Of a stretch of 64,000 nucleotides of DNA, positions 1 to 9,532 are shown piece by piece (the first letter of the stretch is position 1; the number at the start of each line of letters is the position of its first letter). The DNA is taken from IMG/VR virus record IMGVR_UViG_3300011547_000001. One strand, written 5' to 3'. The DNA is from an uncultured virus (IMG/VR IMGVR_UViG_3300011547_000001) (taxonomy: Duplodnaviria; Heunggongvirae; Uroviricota; Caudoviricetes). The notes under the pieces were generated by a model. The model was not told the DNA's origin and ran no database searches. It was given only the letters and a program-made list of their open reading frames with translations. The translations under genes were made by a program, and so were the position numbers.

Positions 1-1
1 T

Positions 2-634
2 CAATACGAACGAGGGAATATTGCTCCAGAGTGAACCCTTCTTCCCGTACAGACCAGCAAAGTCACTGGCCAGCTTTTCACACCACTCATCAGGAGAGAC
101 AGGATCATCACTCGCTAACGCATTCAATCGAACATGCTCAACCACTACCTTGGCAGGATTAGGGAATAGCACGTCCGTCATAAGTCGTACAGTATTGGCC
201 AGCGTAATGACCTGACTGTCTACAGAAAGCCTTGCCCCAGAGAAGGTCATGCGCCGACAGCACATGTGGATCATTTTGATTTCATCGACATCAAAGAATC
301 CATCGCCTTCTTCATTGAGGAAGACTAAAGCAAAAGCAGCAGAGGCATCGTGGGGGTGTTGCCCTTGATAAGCTCGACCTGTTTCCATGAGCATTGTTGC
401 GGCGTACGCTACAGAACGACTGTCTTCACTAATACGATAGAGTTCGCAGAGATCTCTTGTTACGAGGATTGCATTGCGCAACCACAAGTGATCGTAGTCC
501 TCTGGGTTTTGTTTCATGCGATTAAACAACCGCATGATGAAGTTCAACGGTAGGTAAGAACCCGTGATTGTCAGGATATCCTGAAAGGCGTTAAGATCCT
601 TGAGATCCTTGGCACGGAAGCGTTTACCGGACAT
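2..634 (-). CDS. HD-domain-like protein with degenerate motif; 3' end runs off the window
   Basis: Manual translation: ATG at 634 after AAGGAG, open to the window edge (MSGKRFRAKDLKDL...YDHLW...AATMLMETGRAY..HPHDASA). Helical layout resembles an HD phosphohydrolase, but LHDIG reads LMETG. Not in the ORF track. Confidence 0.6.
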   Translation of the reverse strand, partial: MSGKRFRAKDLKDLNAFQDILTITGSYLPLNFIMRLFNRMKQNPEDYDHLWLRNAILVTRDLCELYRISEDSRSVAYAATMLMETGRAYQGQHPHDASAAFALVFLNEEGDGFFDVDEIKMIHMCCRRMTFSGARLSVDSQVITLANTVRLMTDVLFPNPAKVVVEHVRLNALASDDPVSPDEWCEKLASDFAGLYGKKGSLWSNIPSFVL

Positions 635-690
635 GGCACTCTCCTTGACAAAATAAAAAGAGTTGGGGGATTCCACATCCCCCGATCTAT

Positions 691-1201
691 TTAATCGACA
701 TCCGTCAGACTCTTGAAGTTATCTTGGTCATCAAACCGCGAAACCATGGTGTTTGGTTTGCAGTCATCACGGAACGTCTCTTCTTGGGTGCCGGCGACTA
801 CTGTAAGGTAACCTTCTTTCTTGCCAGCACGGTCAGTCANNNNNNNNNNNNNNNNNNNNNNNNNNNNNNNNNNNNNNNNNNNCCGTTGTGAACTTCATGT
901 TGGTCTGCGTGTAGATCTCGCGGTTCTCCACGCCTTCGGCGCTAGAGTACTTAAACGAGCTGCCCATGTTGTTACCCGCCAGCACAACACGGTGGGAAGG
1001 CGTCTCAAGACTCTTCCCGTACAGAATGGTAAAGATATCAGTGGAAGGGTTTCGACTGACCAGCAACTGCTTACCAGACACGGTCTCACACATCAGCAAC
1101 GTATCTTCCATTTGCAGATGTTGAGGTTTCTTCATATCCGCAACGGCAATCGTTTCAGACAATGCAGCCAGAAAGATCAGTACTACCGAAATCAATTTCA
1201 T
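691..1201 (-). CDS. Putative secreted/periplasmic protein, interrupted by an N-gap
   Basis: N-terminus MKLISVVLIFLAALSETIAVA looks like a signal peptide. After the gap at 840-882 an open frame continues (DRAGKKEGYLTVVAG...LTDVD*) to TAA at 691. Confidence 0.65.
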
Positions 1202-1280
1202 GATAACTCCGAGGGTTGGATTATTAATCTCCCCAAAAAATAATAAGTGAGCGGTTAGGCTCACTTATTATTCAAGGGTG

Positions 1281-1778
1281 TTACACTTTGTTGTGCATGA
1301 AGTCATCGAGCTGATCCTTGGGAAGGCCCTTGACCATCTCGACGCCGGCGTTCACCATCTTGCGCACGCACTTGACCATGGTGTTGTACATGTTGTCCAG
1401 GTAAGTGCCGATGTTCTCGTTGACGTCCCAGCTGGTTACCACCATATGGAACTGAGCCAGCGTCAACGCGGAACCACCCAGCATCAGGTTCAGCGCTTCA
1501 TGCGAATTGTAGGTCAACATGAAGCGACCCACGCCCGGAGCTTTACGCTCGAACACGATCACGTTACCCAGCACAGTGCCGACGATGATCAGACGACGAC
1601 CGGTAGGGCAGGTGGATTTCACCACTTCACCGATCGACAGTTTCAGACCGTCGACAGCGCCATCGAAGTAACCCGTGCCGTTGGCCCAGGTTGGATCGAA
1701 TGGAACGACTGCGGTGATGTTTTCCAGAGCAAGTTCGAACGCGCGTTGCAGTTCGATGGTAGGGTCAAAGTTTCCCAT
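1281..1778 (-). CDS. Hypothetical early protein (165 aa)
   Basis: ATG with AGGAGG SD, biased codons, directly downstream of the early-promoter motif at 1838-1873. Confidence 0.8.
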   Translation of the reverse strand: MGNFDPTIELQRAFELALENITAVVPFDPTWANGTGYFDGAVDGLKLSIGEVVKSTCPTGRRLIIVGTVLGNVIVFERKAPGVGRFMLTYNSHEALNLMLGGSALTLAQFHMVVTSWDVNENIGTYLDNMYNTMVKCVRKMVNAGVEMVKGLPKDQLDDFMHNKV

Positions 1779-1837
1779 GTGGCCTCCTAAGGCTTAGATT
1801 GATTAAAGTTACTTGACTTTAATAGTCTTACTCACCC

Positions 1838-1873
1838 TAGTTATATAGACCTCAAAAGAACTGCAACTTAAAA
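1838..1873 (-). promoter_or_regulatory. Putative phage early promoter, extended form
   Basis: Minus strand TTTTAAGTTGCAGTTCTTTTGAGGTCTATATAACTA matches the motif repeated in seven intergenic regions. Confidence 0.7.
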
Positions 1874-1880
1874 ATAGACG

Positions 1881-1919
1881 TATACTCCGTACGGGCCCAA
1901 AAGGCCCGTACGGAGTATA
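1881..1919. terminator. Intrinsic terminator hairpin (17-bp stem)
   Basis: TATACTCCGTACGGGCC-CAAAA-GGCCCGTACGGAGTATA directly after the stop of ORF 1925-2572. Confidence 0.8.
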
Positions 1920-1924
1920 GTTGT

Positions 1925-2572
1925 TTACACGAGTGTTCTAACCTTGCTGCCGATTACCAGCCTGCTAACGCTTTCGTATTGGACCACGCCTTTTACCGGA
2001 TACAACATCAGGTGCGGAACACACGAGGCATACTTCGTGAAGTTGTCCTTGAAGTCCTCCCGCAGACTGGCTTTGAGGTAAGCCGTAGCCAGAGTGCCTG
2101 GTTTAGCATACAGCTTGGCTTGCTTCTCCAGCTCATGCGGGTTATCACCCACCTCACCCCAACTGCGTTGCATGCGGCTTTCCAGCATCAGCCATTCCCA
2201 CAACAGATCGGGATTGTCTTCTACCCAGTTCTTCTCTTCGACGAAGTTATCAAAGAGCTGAGTGCGCTGAGGGGATTCTGCAACGTAGTAAGGTGACTTC
2301 TCAGGAATGTCTTCCAAGTCGACTGTGTACTCGTACAACTCACTACCTTTGAACCACACCGGATGCCCTTTCCCGAAGATCCCATCCATGACTTCAGAGG
2401 GGATCGGTTCAAAGAAGAACGAGATGTGGTCACAGTAAGGAAGCGACGGCCAAGGCATTTGCCTGCGAGCATTCAGCCTGGCCAACTTGATCTCGATAGG
2501 AGCCATTGTTCCCGAAGCTGCTTTGGTGAGCAACTCAGGATATAACTCCTTCGAGTAATGATAGAGTTTCAA
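1925..2572 (-). CDS. Hypothetical protein, possibly ADP-ribosyltransferase-like fold
   Basis: 215-aa ORF with N-terminal LYHYS, then HISFFFEP and LYEY. The fold call is inference. Confidence 0.7.
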   Translation of the reverse strand: MKLYHYSKELYPELLTKAASGTMAPIEIKLARLNARRQMPWPSLPYCDHISFFFEPIPSEVMDGIFGKGHPVWFKGSELYEYTVDLEDIPEKSPYYVAESPQRTQLFDNFVEEKNWVEDNPDLLWEWLMLESRMQRSWGEVGDNPHELEKQAKLYAKPGTLATAYLKASLREDFKDNFTKYASCVPHLMLYPVKGVVQYESVSRLVIGSKVRTLV

Positions 2573-2573
2573 A

Positions 2574-3332
2574 TTACACCTCGTTCAACACAGGGACTTT
2601 AATGCTGACCCCCTTACCTGCATCAGTTGGACGAGTACCGTCACGAACTTGCTTGCAGTAAGCACACTTACCACCACAGCCCTTAGGGGTGGGTTTGAAA
2701 CGCTCCCTGATGGCCTCCAGATGAGGCAGGGCGCTGTCAAACAACTTACCCAGGGGTAGGGTAGCGTCCAGCACTACATAGCGCTCAGGATAGCGCTCAG
2801 CGATCATCAGGTACTCTTTACGCAGTCGCTCCTTAACAGTAAACGCTGCGCGATCGAAAACGTCTGTGGCTTTCTCTTGTTCGGAGAGCCTGGAGTCTGC
2901 AACTTCAGCAGGAGCGTCCAAAATAAAAGTAAGCTCAGGGTAAAGGCCAATAGCCAGCTGATGGATACCCACCAAGCTGGCCATGTCACAACCATTGACG
3001 TGGTGTTGGTGTACAAAGGTGGAATCAGCAAAGCGGTCAGTGATAACCACCTTGCCTTCTTCCAACGCAGGTTTGATCACCTTGCCAATGTTTTCCGAAC
3101 GAGAAGCATTGAACAGCAACGCTACCGTCATGGGCTCCAGTGGGGAGGACTCACCGGGGATTCCATTACGGCAATATTGCCGCAATACTTCAGCTCCTTT
3201 GGTCCCACCTGGTTCACGCGTATACAGACAGGGGACACCCCACTCATTGAGGAGATGAACCGCCCATTCAGTAAACGTGCTCTTACCAGCCCCACCGATA
3301 CCTTCAACGGCAATGAGCATTCCTGGTTGCAT
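2574..3332 (-). CDS. tmk: Thymidylate (dTMP) kinase
   Basis: P-loop IAVEGIGGAGKST, TREPGGT, LLFNASR and VITDRF motifs. ATG at 3332 follows an AAGGA SD. Confidence 0.95.
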   Translation of the reverse strand: MQPGMLIAVEGIGGAGKSTFTEWAVHLLNEWGVPCLYTREPGGTKGAEVLRQYCRNGIPGESSPLEPMTVALLFNASRSENIGKVIKPALEEGKVVITDRFADSTFVHQHHVNGCDMASLVGIHQLAIGLYPELTFILDAPAEVADSRLSEQEKATDVFDRAAFTVKERLRKEYLMIAERYPERYVVLDATLPLGKLFDSALPHLEAIRERFKPTPKGCGGKCAYCKQVRDGTRPTDAGKGVSIKVPVLNEV

Positions 3333-3342
3333 GATCGTTTCC

Positions 3343-3531
3343 TTACTTATTGGTTGGAACGGCGAGATCGATACTGAAGACATGGACAATGGGAGGATTG
3401 AGTGGTTTCACAAAACTCCCACTGTTGTGTTTGTCATGCGGAGCGCGTTCTGGTGGAACGGCCGGCATAACTTTACCAAGGCTCTGGAGAAGCTTCGGAT
3501 CGATCTCGGTTGGTGTCTGAGTGTTTTTCAT
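3343..3531 (-). CDS. Small hypothetical protein (62 aa)
   Basis: Fills the gap between the PP-loop gene and tmk on the same strand, with GGGGAG upstream of the ATG. Confidence 0.5.
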   Translation of the reverse strand: MKNTQTPTEIDPKLLQSLGKVMPAVPPERAPHDKHNSGSFVKPLNPPIVHVFSIDLAVPTNK

Positions 3532-3575
3532 GGCAGGGGCTCCCCTATTAGTTTCAATAGGATTACCCCTGTCGA

Positions 3576-4751
3576 TTACGCCTCGTCTACCAGCTCAACC
3601 AACGCACCGCCAACGTGGTTCTTGTCTTTCTCTTCACCGCCCTCTTGTTCTTGAAGACGGTGTTTAGCGCGCTCCAGCAGCTCAGGTGATGGATCGGCTA
3701 CCGACCACCCACCAAACGCCACAATAGTCGCGCCACCGTGAGGGTAGATGCGAATTCGCTTCCCAGTTGGATTATTCAGCTCGTCAGTGATGAAGGCCAA
3801 CGCCTTTTCTTCTTCCGCCTTCTTCGCCGCTTCCTGCTTCGCCTGGAGCACTTCGGGGAAGAGATCGTAGTACGCCGAAGTGACGAAACCAGAGAAGATG
3901 GTGAATGCCCGACTAGGGGTGTCGAAGGCGGTCAATTTATAAAGATGTATTTCGTTCATCTTGAGGATGAACCCAGCCGCATTCTCCGGTAGGCCCACGT
4001 CTTCAGGGGTAGAACGTCCAGCCAAATAACGCTCGGCGGCCGACAGTTCGCTAACCTGGTACTCCCAGTGCTCGCCGCACATCTCTTCCTTGATGCCGGT
4101 AAGTTTCCAGTCACTACGCTTGTGGTCGTAAACGTTGTAAACAATCTTGTCGGAATAACTTTCGCCAGAGCCAGTATGGATAACCAAATGGCGAAGCTCT
4201 TGTGGAATAATGTCCAGGATTTCTTGTTTGGACAAATTCCAGAGAGGGGCGTAGAAGCGAGGGCCGGTACGATCCGAATTACTGAACACCGTCATCTGTC
4301 TTGGCAGGTTCAGCAACTGTTCGTACTGCTCGGCGCTGAAATCATAGGGGTTCCAGGACGATTCGAAAATATCATCCTTGATCCAGCCAATCCAGACGAC
4401 CGGACGATAATCCTTGAGATGATAACGCTGGATGTCCATCATCCCCAGGAGCACGCAGAACTGTTGCGTGACGTTGTTGCAGACCATGTGGGAGACTGCA
4501 TCGCGACCCTGCCGGGCTGGCTCATAGGGACATTTTGCCATACCCATCACTTCGCGAACGGTCCCTGGGTAATTCAGCGTCTTCACCGCTTCGACAATAC
4601 GCTGAGCGTTGATGTACTCGAACGCGAAAGTGTCGTGGTTGTTCGAAACGTTGATAACACTGAGGATGACGTTATGCCCCTCCTTCAGCGCCTTTACCAG
4701 AGCCGCAGTCGATTCCAAACCACAGCTGAACGCAATATGAATGTTAGCCAT
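3576..4751 (-). CDS. Adenine-nucleotide alpha-hydrolase (PP-loop/QueC-like) protein
   Basis: N-terminal IHIAFSCGLEST (variant of SGGxDS) and later APLWNLSKQEI (PLxxxxKxEI) are typical of HUP/PP-loop enzymes. Confidence 0.65.
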   Translation of the reverse strand: MANIHIAFSCGLESTAALVKALKEGHNVILSVINVSNNHDTFAFEYINAQRIVEAVKTLNYPGTVREVMGMAKCPYEPARQGRDAVSHMVCNNVTQQFCVLLGMMDIQRYHLKDYRPVVWIGWIKDDIFESSWNPYDFSAEQYEQLLNLPRQMTVFSNSDRTGPRFYAPLWNLSKQEILDIIPQELRHLVIHTGSGESYSDKIVYNVYDHKRSDWKLTGIKEEMCGEHWEYQVSELSAAERYLAGRSTPEDVGLPENAAGFILKMNEIHLYKLTAFDTPSRAFTIFSGFVTSAYYDLFPEVLQAKQEAAKKAEEEKALAFITDELNNPTGKRIRIYPHGGATIVAFGGWSVADPSPELLERAKHRLQEQEGGEEKDKNHVGGALVELVDEA

Positions 4752-4808
4752 TTCTAAAACCCCCAAACAAGAATAAGGCCAGGGGATCCGAAGACCCCCT
4801 GGAAGAAG

Positions 4809-6491
4809 TTACAGTTTGCCAGCGGCCGCGATTTCGGTCAGGTAGTTGTCAGCCCAGAGGCCCAGGTGCGGGATGATGTAAGCCGACCACGGCTCGAAGT
4901 CCCAGTCCACCAGCTGAACATCGATCTGGTCAGGGGTATCCAGCCACCAGCCGTCTTCAGTTTTTGGGTGGATGATGGACTGCTTGTCACCGTCGACGAA
5001 AGCCACACGGTTGTTCACTTCACGCGCACGCGGTTGCAGGAACAGTGCGGTGATCAGTTGCTGCGCGGTGTACCAGCCGACGAACTCGTTGTTTGGTTCG
5101 ATCAGTTCGACCTCGGCACCATCAGGGACCAGGTGGCTCATCACCACACCGAAGTGATGGTTACCGACGTAGCCTTGCTGGCGCTGGCTATCACGCACGA
5201 AGCCCTGGATGTTGGCGGTCTGAGCCACGTCGTGGGTGATGTCTTCACCGTTGAGAGTGACACGGATTTCTTCCAGCGATTCACGGTGCGACGAAACGAA
5301 GGCAGTCTGCGCCACGTCCATTTCGGCAGTGCGAACGCCATTTGCGAAGAGGCCAAAGAAGTCCTTGTGGGCTTCTGCGTGGCCGCCGGTGCCGAGGGAG
5401 AAGACGGAGGTCAGTTGCTTCTCGCTGTCCTTGTTCTTCTTGTTGCGCTTGTACACCATGAACTCGATGTCGCCGTTGCGCACACGGAAGTGCAGGCCGT
5501 AGCCGATCAGCTGGCAGACCAGGTCGAGCTTGGCCAGGAGTTCACGACGGCCGCCCATGGCGCCCAGGTTCAGCTGAGTCAGCATGTCAGCGGACTCTTT
5601 ACCGGCGAGGTTGATGTTGCAGTAATGCTCGCCCAGGACCGAGTTGACGATCGGTGGGTAGACGCCCAGGGTGAATTCAGGTTTGCCGGCTTTGACAACA
5701 GGGGTTTCTTGTGCAGACATTGGCGCTTCCTTTTCAGGGGTGAGAGAAACAGGGGGGTTGTTATGTGGATTTTCCACCATGCGCTTTACGGCTCCCAGGA
5801 TCTTGTCCATGTTGTTGCCGATGTCGTCAGCGCAGAGGATAGGGTTTTCATTTACCAGCACGTTGAAGATAGCGCTCTCCCCCTCAACTTTGTGAGGAGA
5901 GATCCAGCCCAGCATTTCCACGCCATCGTGGGAGATGCGAATGCGGTCGGGATACTTGCCGTTACCGGAGGGATAGAGGATGAACGGGGTCTCCTCGTCC
6001 GGCTTGGCCTTGGTGGTGAAGGTGACGGTCCACCCGGTGTCCAGATAGGTCACCACATCATCCCGTAGACCGCTCAGCCATTTGCTGAACAACTTGTCCA
6101 GGCCGGCTTCTGGTTTCAACAGACCAGCGACCTGAGCGGCGTTCTCGGCCTTCTCCACAGACATCTTGAACAGCCGATCGAAGACCTGTTGAAGAGCGTC
6201 CTTGATCATGGAAACTGGGTAGGCATCAGAATGTTCAGTCTCGGCCCAGTAGACGTACGCGATTGGTCCGGCTGATTGCGCGTACTTACCGATGTGGGTG
6301 ATTTCCAGGGCATCGCGAAGCTTGCTGATGCAGGGCTTTACAACGAAGGTAAACGACCTATCGATGCCCTGGCGGGTGTGTTGGATTTCCACTTCATAGC
6401 CTGTGATACCGTTGTCGAAGATCTTCAGGTCGCGAAGCCTGCTGTACAGCTCCGTGATCTCGGGATCGGTTACTCCAATGAATCCACTCAC
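4809..6491 (-). CDS. Hypothetical protein (~560 aa)
   Basis: Long ORF. Likely GTG start at 6491 with AGGAG SD, overlapping the upstream stop (GTGA). Confidence 0.8.
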   Translation of the reverse strand: MSGFIGVTDPEITELYSRLRDLKIFDNGITGYEVEIQHTRQGIDRSFTFVVKPCISKLRDALEITHIGKYAQSAGPIAYVYWAETEHSDAYPVSMIKDALQQVFDRLFKMSVEKAENAAQVAGLLKPEAGLDKLFSKWLSGLRDDVVTYLDTGWTVTFTTKAKPDEETPFILYPSGNGKYPDRIRISHDGVEMLGWISPHKVEGESAIFNVLVNENPILCADDIGNNMDKILGAVKRMVENPHNNPPVSLTPEKEAPMSAQETPVVKAGKPEFTLGVYPPIVNSVLGEHYCNINLAGKESADMLTQLNLGAMGGRRELLAKLDLVCQLIGYGLHFRVRNGDIEFMVYKRNKKNKDSEKQLTSVFSLGTGGHAEAHKDFFGLFANGVRTAEMDVAQTAFVSSHRESLEEIRVTLNGEDITHDVAQTANIQGFVRDSQRQQGYVGNHHFGVVMSHLVPDGAEVELIEPNNEFVGWYTAQQLITALFLQPRAREVNNRVAFVDGDKQSIIHPKTEDGWWLDTPDQIDVQLVDWDFEPWSAYIIPHLGLWADNYLTEIAAAGKL

Positions 6492-7339
6492 AGTGATCGC
6501 TCCTGTTGCATTTTCTGAATGCCAAACCGATGGCAACGTTCGTAATTGAATCCGGTCTTCATGTGGTACCAGATAACCCATTCCAGCGAGACCTCACGAT
6601 AAGGACCCACCGCGATCTCAGGCTCCCTGAACATAATGTAATTCTGAGCCTTGATCTTTTCGGAGTCCGCTCGCAGCCGTTCTTTGACCTTGTTCATTTC
6701 ACCGATTGGGTCGAGATCCAGCGGAGTTGTGCTCCCCTGAGCGGTCTTGGTGGTGTGCTGACGAACATACCAGAGTGTCCAAGGATTCTCTTCCGCTGCG
6801 ATAGACTCACAGAGGAAAGGACTCGGCTCTTTCGCATTCGGGCAATAGAGGGCATTCTCCAGTGCAAAAATACGGTAAGGCTTTTGATGGACAGATTCGA
6901 TTTCTTCCACGATCTCGATATGGGTAAGCTGATTGTGTACCTCGATCGGGACATCGTTCCACGACATCATGAGCGTGTTACTGTGTGTGATACGCCAGGT
7001 ACCATCTGGCAATTCGTCCAGATGGTAGAACTCTTTACCGCCGTCGACCATTTGCACGGTGTACTTGGTGATCTCACGCCTTACGCCGTGAATGATAACA
7101 CCTGGATTACCAACTTCAGGACGATCGAATTTGATTTCCTTGACCAGTTCTCCTCCGTGGTGCTGCATGCCATCGAGCAGCAACCAGCTGTTGCCCTTAC
7201 GCTCAAAATGGATAAAGTGCAACGCGTTGTCAGAGAGACCCTTCAGACGGTTGTAAGCAACCTTGACGTAACAAAAGGCCCCACCCTTACCAACGGAATG
7301 GTTGAAACGGCATTCGTAATAAGGTTTAGACTTAGCCAT
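6488..7339 (-). CDS. Hypothetical protein (~283 aa)
   Basis: ORF with probable start MAKSKPYY at 7339, translationally coupled to the next gene. Confidence 0.75.
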   Translation of the reverse strand: MAKSKPYYECRFNHSVGKGGAFCYVKVAYNRLKGLSDNALHFIHFERKGNSWLLLDGMQHHGGELVKEIKFDRPEVGNPGVIIHGVRREITKYTVQMVDGGKEFYHLDELPDGTWRITHSNTLMMSWNDVPIEVHNQLTHIEIVEEIESVHQKPYRIFALENALYCPNAKEPSPFLCESIAAEENPWTLWYVRQHTTKTAQGSTTPLDLDPIGEMNKVKERLRADSEKIKAQNYIMFREPEIAVGPYREVSLEWVIWYHMKTGFNYERCHRFGIQKMQQERSL

Positions 7340-7412
7340 GGTCGAATTCTCATGTTGCAAAAAAGAAAGAGAGTAAGAATGGCTAAGGAAAGTCCCTAGC
7401 CATTCACTGGTG

Positions 7413-7871
7413 TTACTTGCTGAACAGCGCGGTGGCCTGGGCGATCTGCGCTTCACGCTGATCGGTCAGCCAGGTGGTGGCGACATCGCTGTGGACGTAG
7501 TCGACGGCAGTGGTGCTGCGGCCGTATTCCCAGGCTTCGTTTTCACCCAGGGTGCCGACTTGCTGACGCAGGCGATGTTCGGAGTTGATGGTGAGGCCGC
7601 CCATGGCGAAGGTTGCAGTGCCGGCGGTCATCTTTTCGTTCTGCGCATGGGCCAGGCGGGTCAGCTCGGCGTTGGCGACTTCGACGGCCGAAGCGGTGTT
7701 GTTGATGAACTCGACGTGAGTGGCGATGGATTCAGGGGTGACGCCTTCCGGGAGGGTGACTGCGTCATGGCCGAAGACGGTGTGGTAGGTAGCTTTGTCG
7801 TATACGCCTTTCTCGACCAGTTGCTTGACAGCTGCTGCTTGTTGTTCGGCGTAATCTTTGTTCAAGCTCAT
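7413..7871 (-). CDS. Hypothetical protein, probably highly expressed (152 aa)
   Basis: Strong codon bias, GAGG SD, own early promoter about 110 nt upstream, and a hairpin at about 7380-7402 downstream. Confidence 0.85.
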   Translation of the reverse strand: MSLNKDYAEQQAAAVKQLVEKGVYDKATYHTVFGHDAVTLPEGVTPESIATHVEFINNTASAVEVANAELTRLAHAQNEKMTAGTATFAMGGLTINSEHRLRQQVGTLGENEAWEYGRSTTAVDYVHSDVATTWLTDQREAQIAQATALFSK

Positions 7872-7983
7872 GTGTAGCCTCTTCAGTCTTTTAGTGAATT
7901 GGGTGAAAACGAAGCCCTTTGAAAACCCACAACAGAAAGGAACGGTACCCTTCCGCCAGGTGGTAAACCTGTGGCTTCTACCA

Positions 7984-8006
7984 TAGTGATATAGGTTTGT
8001 AATTTT
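7984..8006 (-). promoter_or_regulatory. Putative phage early promoter
   Basis: Minus strand AAAATTACAAACCTATATCACTA. Confidence 0.7.
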
Positions 8007-8007
8007 C

Positions 8008-9432
8008 TTACTTGTCTTTCAATGCATCGAGATCAACATCAGGCGACCCAACAGGCAGCTTGATTTCGATCCCGGTCTTTTGTGCCTGGTCGACCACTTC
8101 TTCCACGGTCAGTTTGTCGTCACCGAGCAGTGGGCGCAGCGCCGGGTTCAGTTCGGAGAACTTTTCACGATTGCCTTCTTCGTGATTGAAGTAGGTGGTG
8201 ATTTTTTCCGCCAGTTCGACCACCTCGTCGGAGTAACCCAGCGATTCAGCGCCGGTGTACATTTCCAGACCGGAAAGACGCGGCTTTTCTGACGACAAAC
8301 GACTGGTGCGCAGGACGCTGTACTTGTCGAACAGATCCTGTTTCTGTTGATCGGTCAGCCCGTCGATCGACTTGTTGAGCGCTTCAAGATAGTCTTCTTC
8401 GCTATCGAACTGAACTGGAGAAAGTGTCAACGAGCTTTCACGCAGACCCTCCACCAGAGTGGGTGCATCCAGCTGGGAAGCGGACAGAACTTCAGCCATC
8501 CGCGGGTTTTGATCGAAGAAGGCTTTACGCGCCGCGGCCAGCTCGCCGATGATGTCGTCTTCCCCGGTGAGGGTGATCGGCTTCATTTCTGGCATGGAGA
8601 GCATGGTGGTCCAGCTGTGGCCGGAGAAGGTCTCGTCGGTGGAGAAGAAGAACGAGTCGCCGTTCGGCAGATGAACCGCGACGTTGTCGTAACCTTGGAC
8701 CAGCACGTGACGGAGGGTTTGCGATGGATCGGGATCGTTTTCGTCAACGGAGATGACGGCCTGATGCTTGACGAAGCGCGGGAACATGTCCAGCTGGTTC
8801 AGTTCGACACGGTCTTCGGGGAACGATTGCACGTTCTCGATGAGTTGACCGATGAACTTGGGCGAACCCAGAACATCTGCCTTCAGCAGCTTCTCGAACA
8901 TGTCGACCGCGTCTGGGTAATCCAGCGGGGCGGCTTCCGGGGACGGACTCAGCTCGTAACGCAGGGCCAGGTACTTGACCAGGCTTTCAGCCCGTTCACG
9001 AACGTTGGCACCCAGGGCGAAGTCGATCAGCATTTCGTCCATGCCGAACAGGCGAGAGCAGATGATCTTGAACAGCGGCAGGTTGCTGTCGAACTCGGTG
9101 GCGTTGATACGGTTGATCACAGCCATGTTGGTGAAGTTTTCGCGTTCGATGGTACCCTTGGTCCAGGTAACAGACAGTGCACCGCGAGAAGCCATGTACT
9201 GCGCCACCAGCTTGGCCAGATAAGCGTTGCACGCCTCGGTCTTGGCCTGGGAGGTGAAGACACCCTTGATCAGGTGTTCCTTGGTGTTGGCGTCGAAGCT
9301 TTGTTCCCAGGTGGCAATGGAAGTGTCGTGGAGAACGTTCACGATGACCGCACTGTGCACCGCGTTGCGCACATCGTTGATGAAAGCGATGTGGTCCAGT
9401 TGCGCGTTGCCGAGTTGTACTTGATCCAACAT
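8008..9432 (-). CDS. Hypothetical protein (474 aa)
   Basis: Long codon-biased ORF with AGGAG SD. Confidence 0.85.
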   Translation of the reverse strand: MLDQVQLGNAQLDHIAFINDVRNAVHSAVIVNVLHDTSIATWEQSFDANTKEHLIKGVFTSQAKTEACNAYLAKLVAQYMASRGALSVTWTKGTIERENFTNMAVINRINATEFDSNLPLFKIICSRLFGMDEMLIDFALGANVRERAESLVKYLALRYELSPSPEAAPLDYPDAVDMFEKLLKADVLGSPKFIGQLIENVQSFPEDRVELNQLDMFPRFVKHQAVISVDENDPDPSQTLRHVLVQGYDNVAVHLPNGDSFFFSTDETFSGHSWTTMLSMPEMKPITLTGEDDIIGELAAARKAFFDQNPRMAEVLSASQLDAPTLVEGLRESSLTLSPVQFDSEEDYLEALNKSIDGLTDQQKQDLFDKYSVLRTSRLSSEKPRLSGLEMYTGAESLGYSDEVVELAEKITTYFNHEEGNREKFSELNPALRPLLGDDKLTVEEVVDQAQKTGIEIKLPVGSPDVDLDALKDK

Positions 9433-9532
9433 TGTGTTTCTCCTAATGGAACAGCGGTGATTTACATATGAATAGGAATTCGGTATAAAAACATATAAGA
9501 CCAGGACCGGTGTTACCCGGCCCTGGTTTCAC

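Noticed and set aside
3576..4751. Calling this gene queC / 7-deazaguanine DNA modification
   Set aside because: The PP-loop is a variant, the QueC C-terminal zinc cysteines are not evident, and no partner genes are present in the window.
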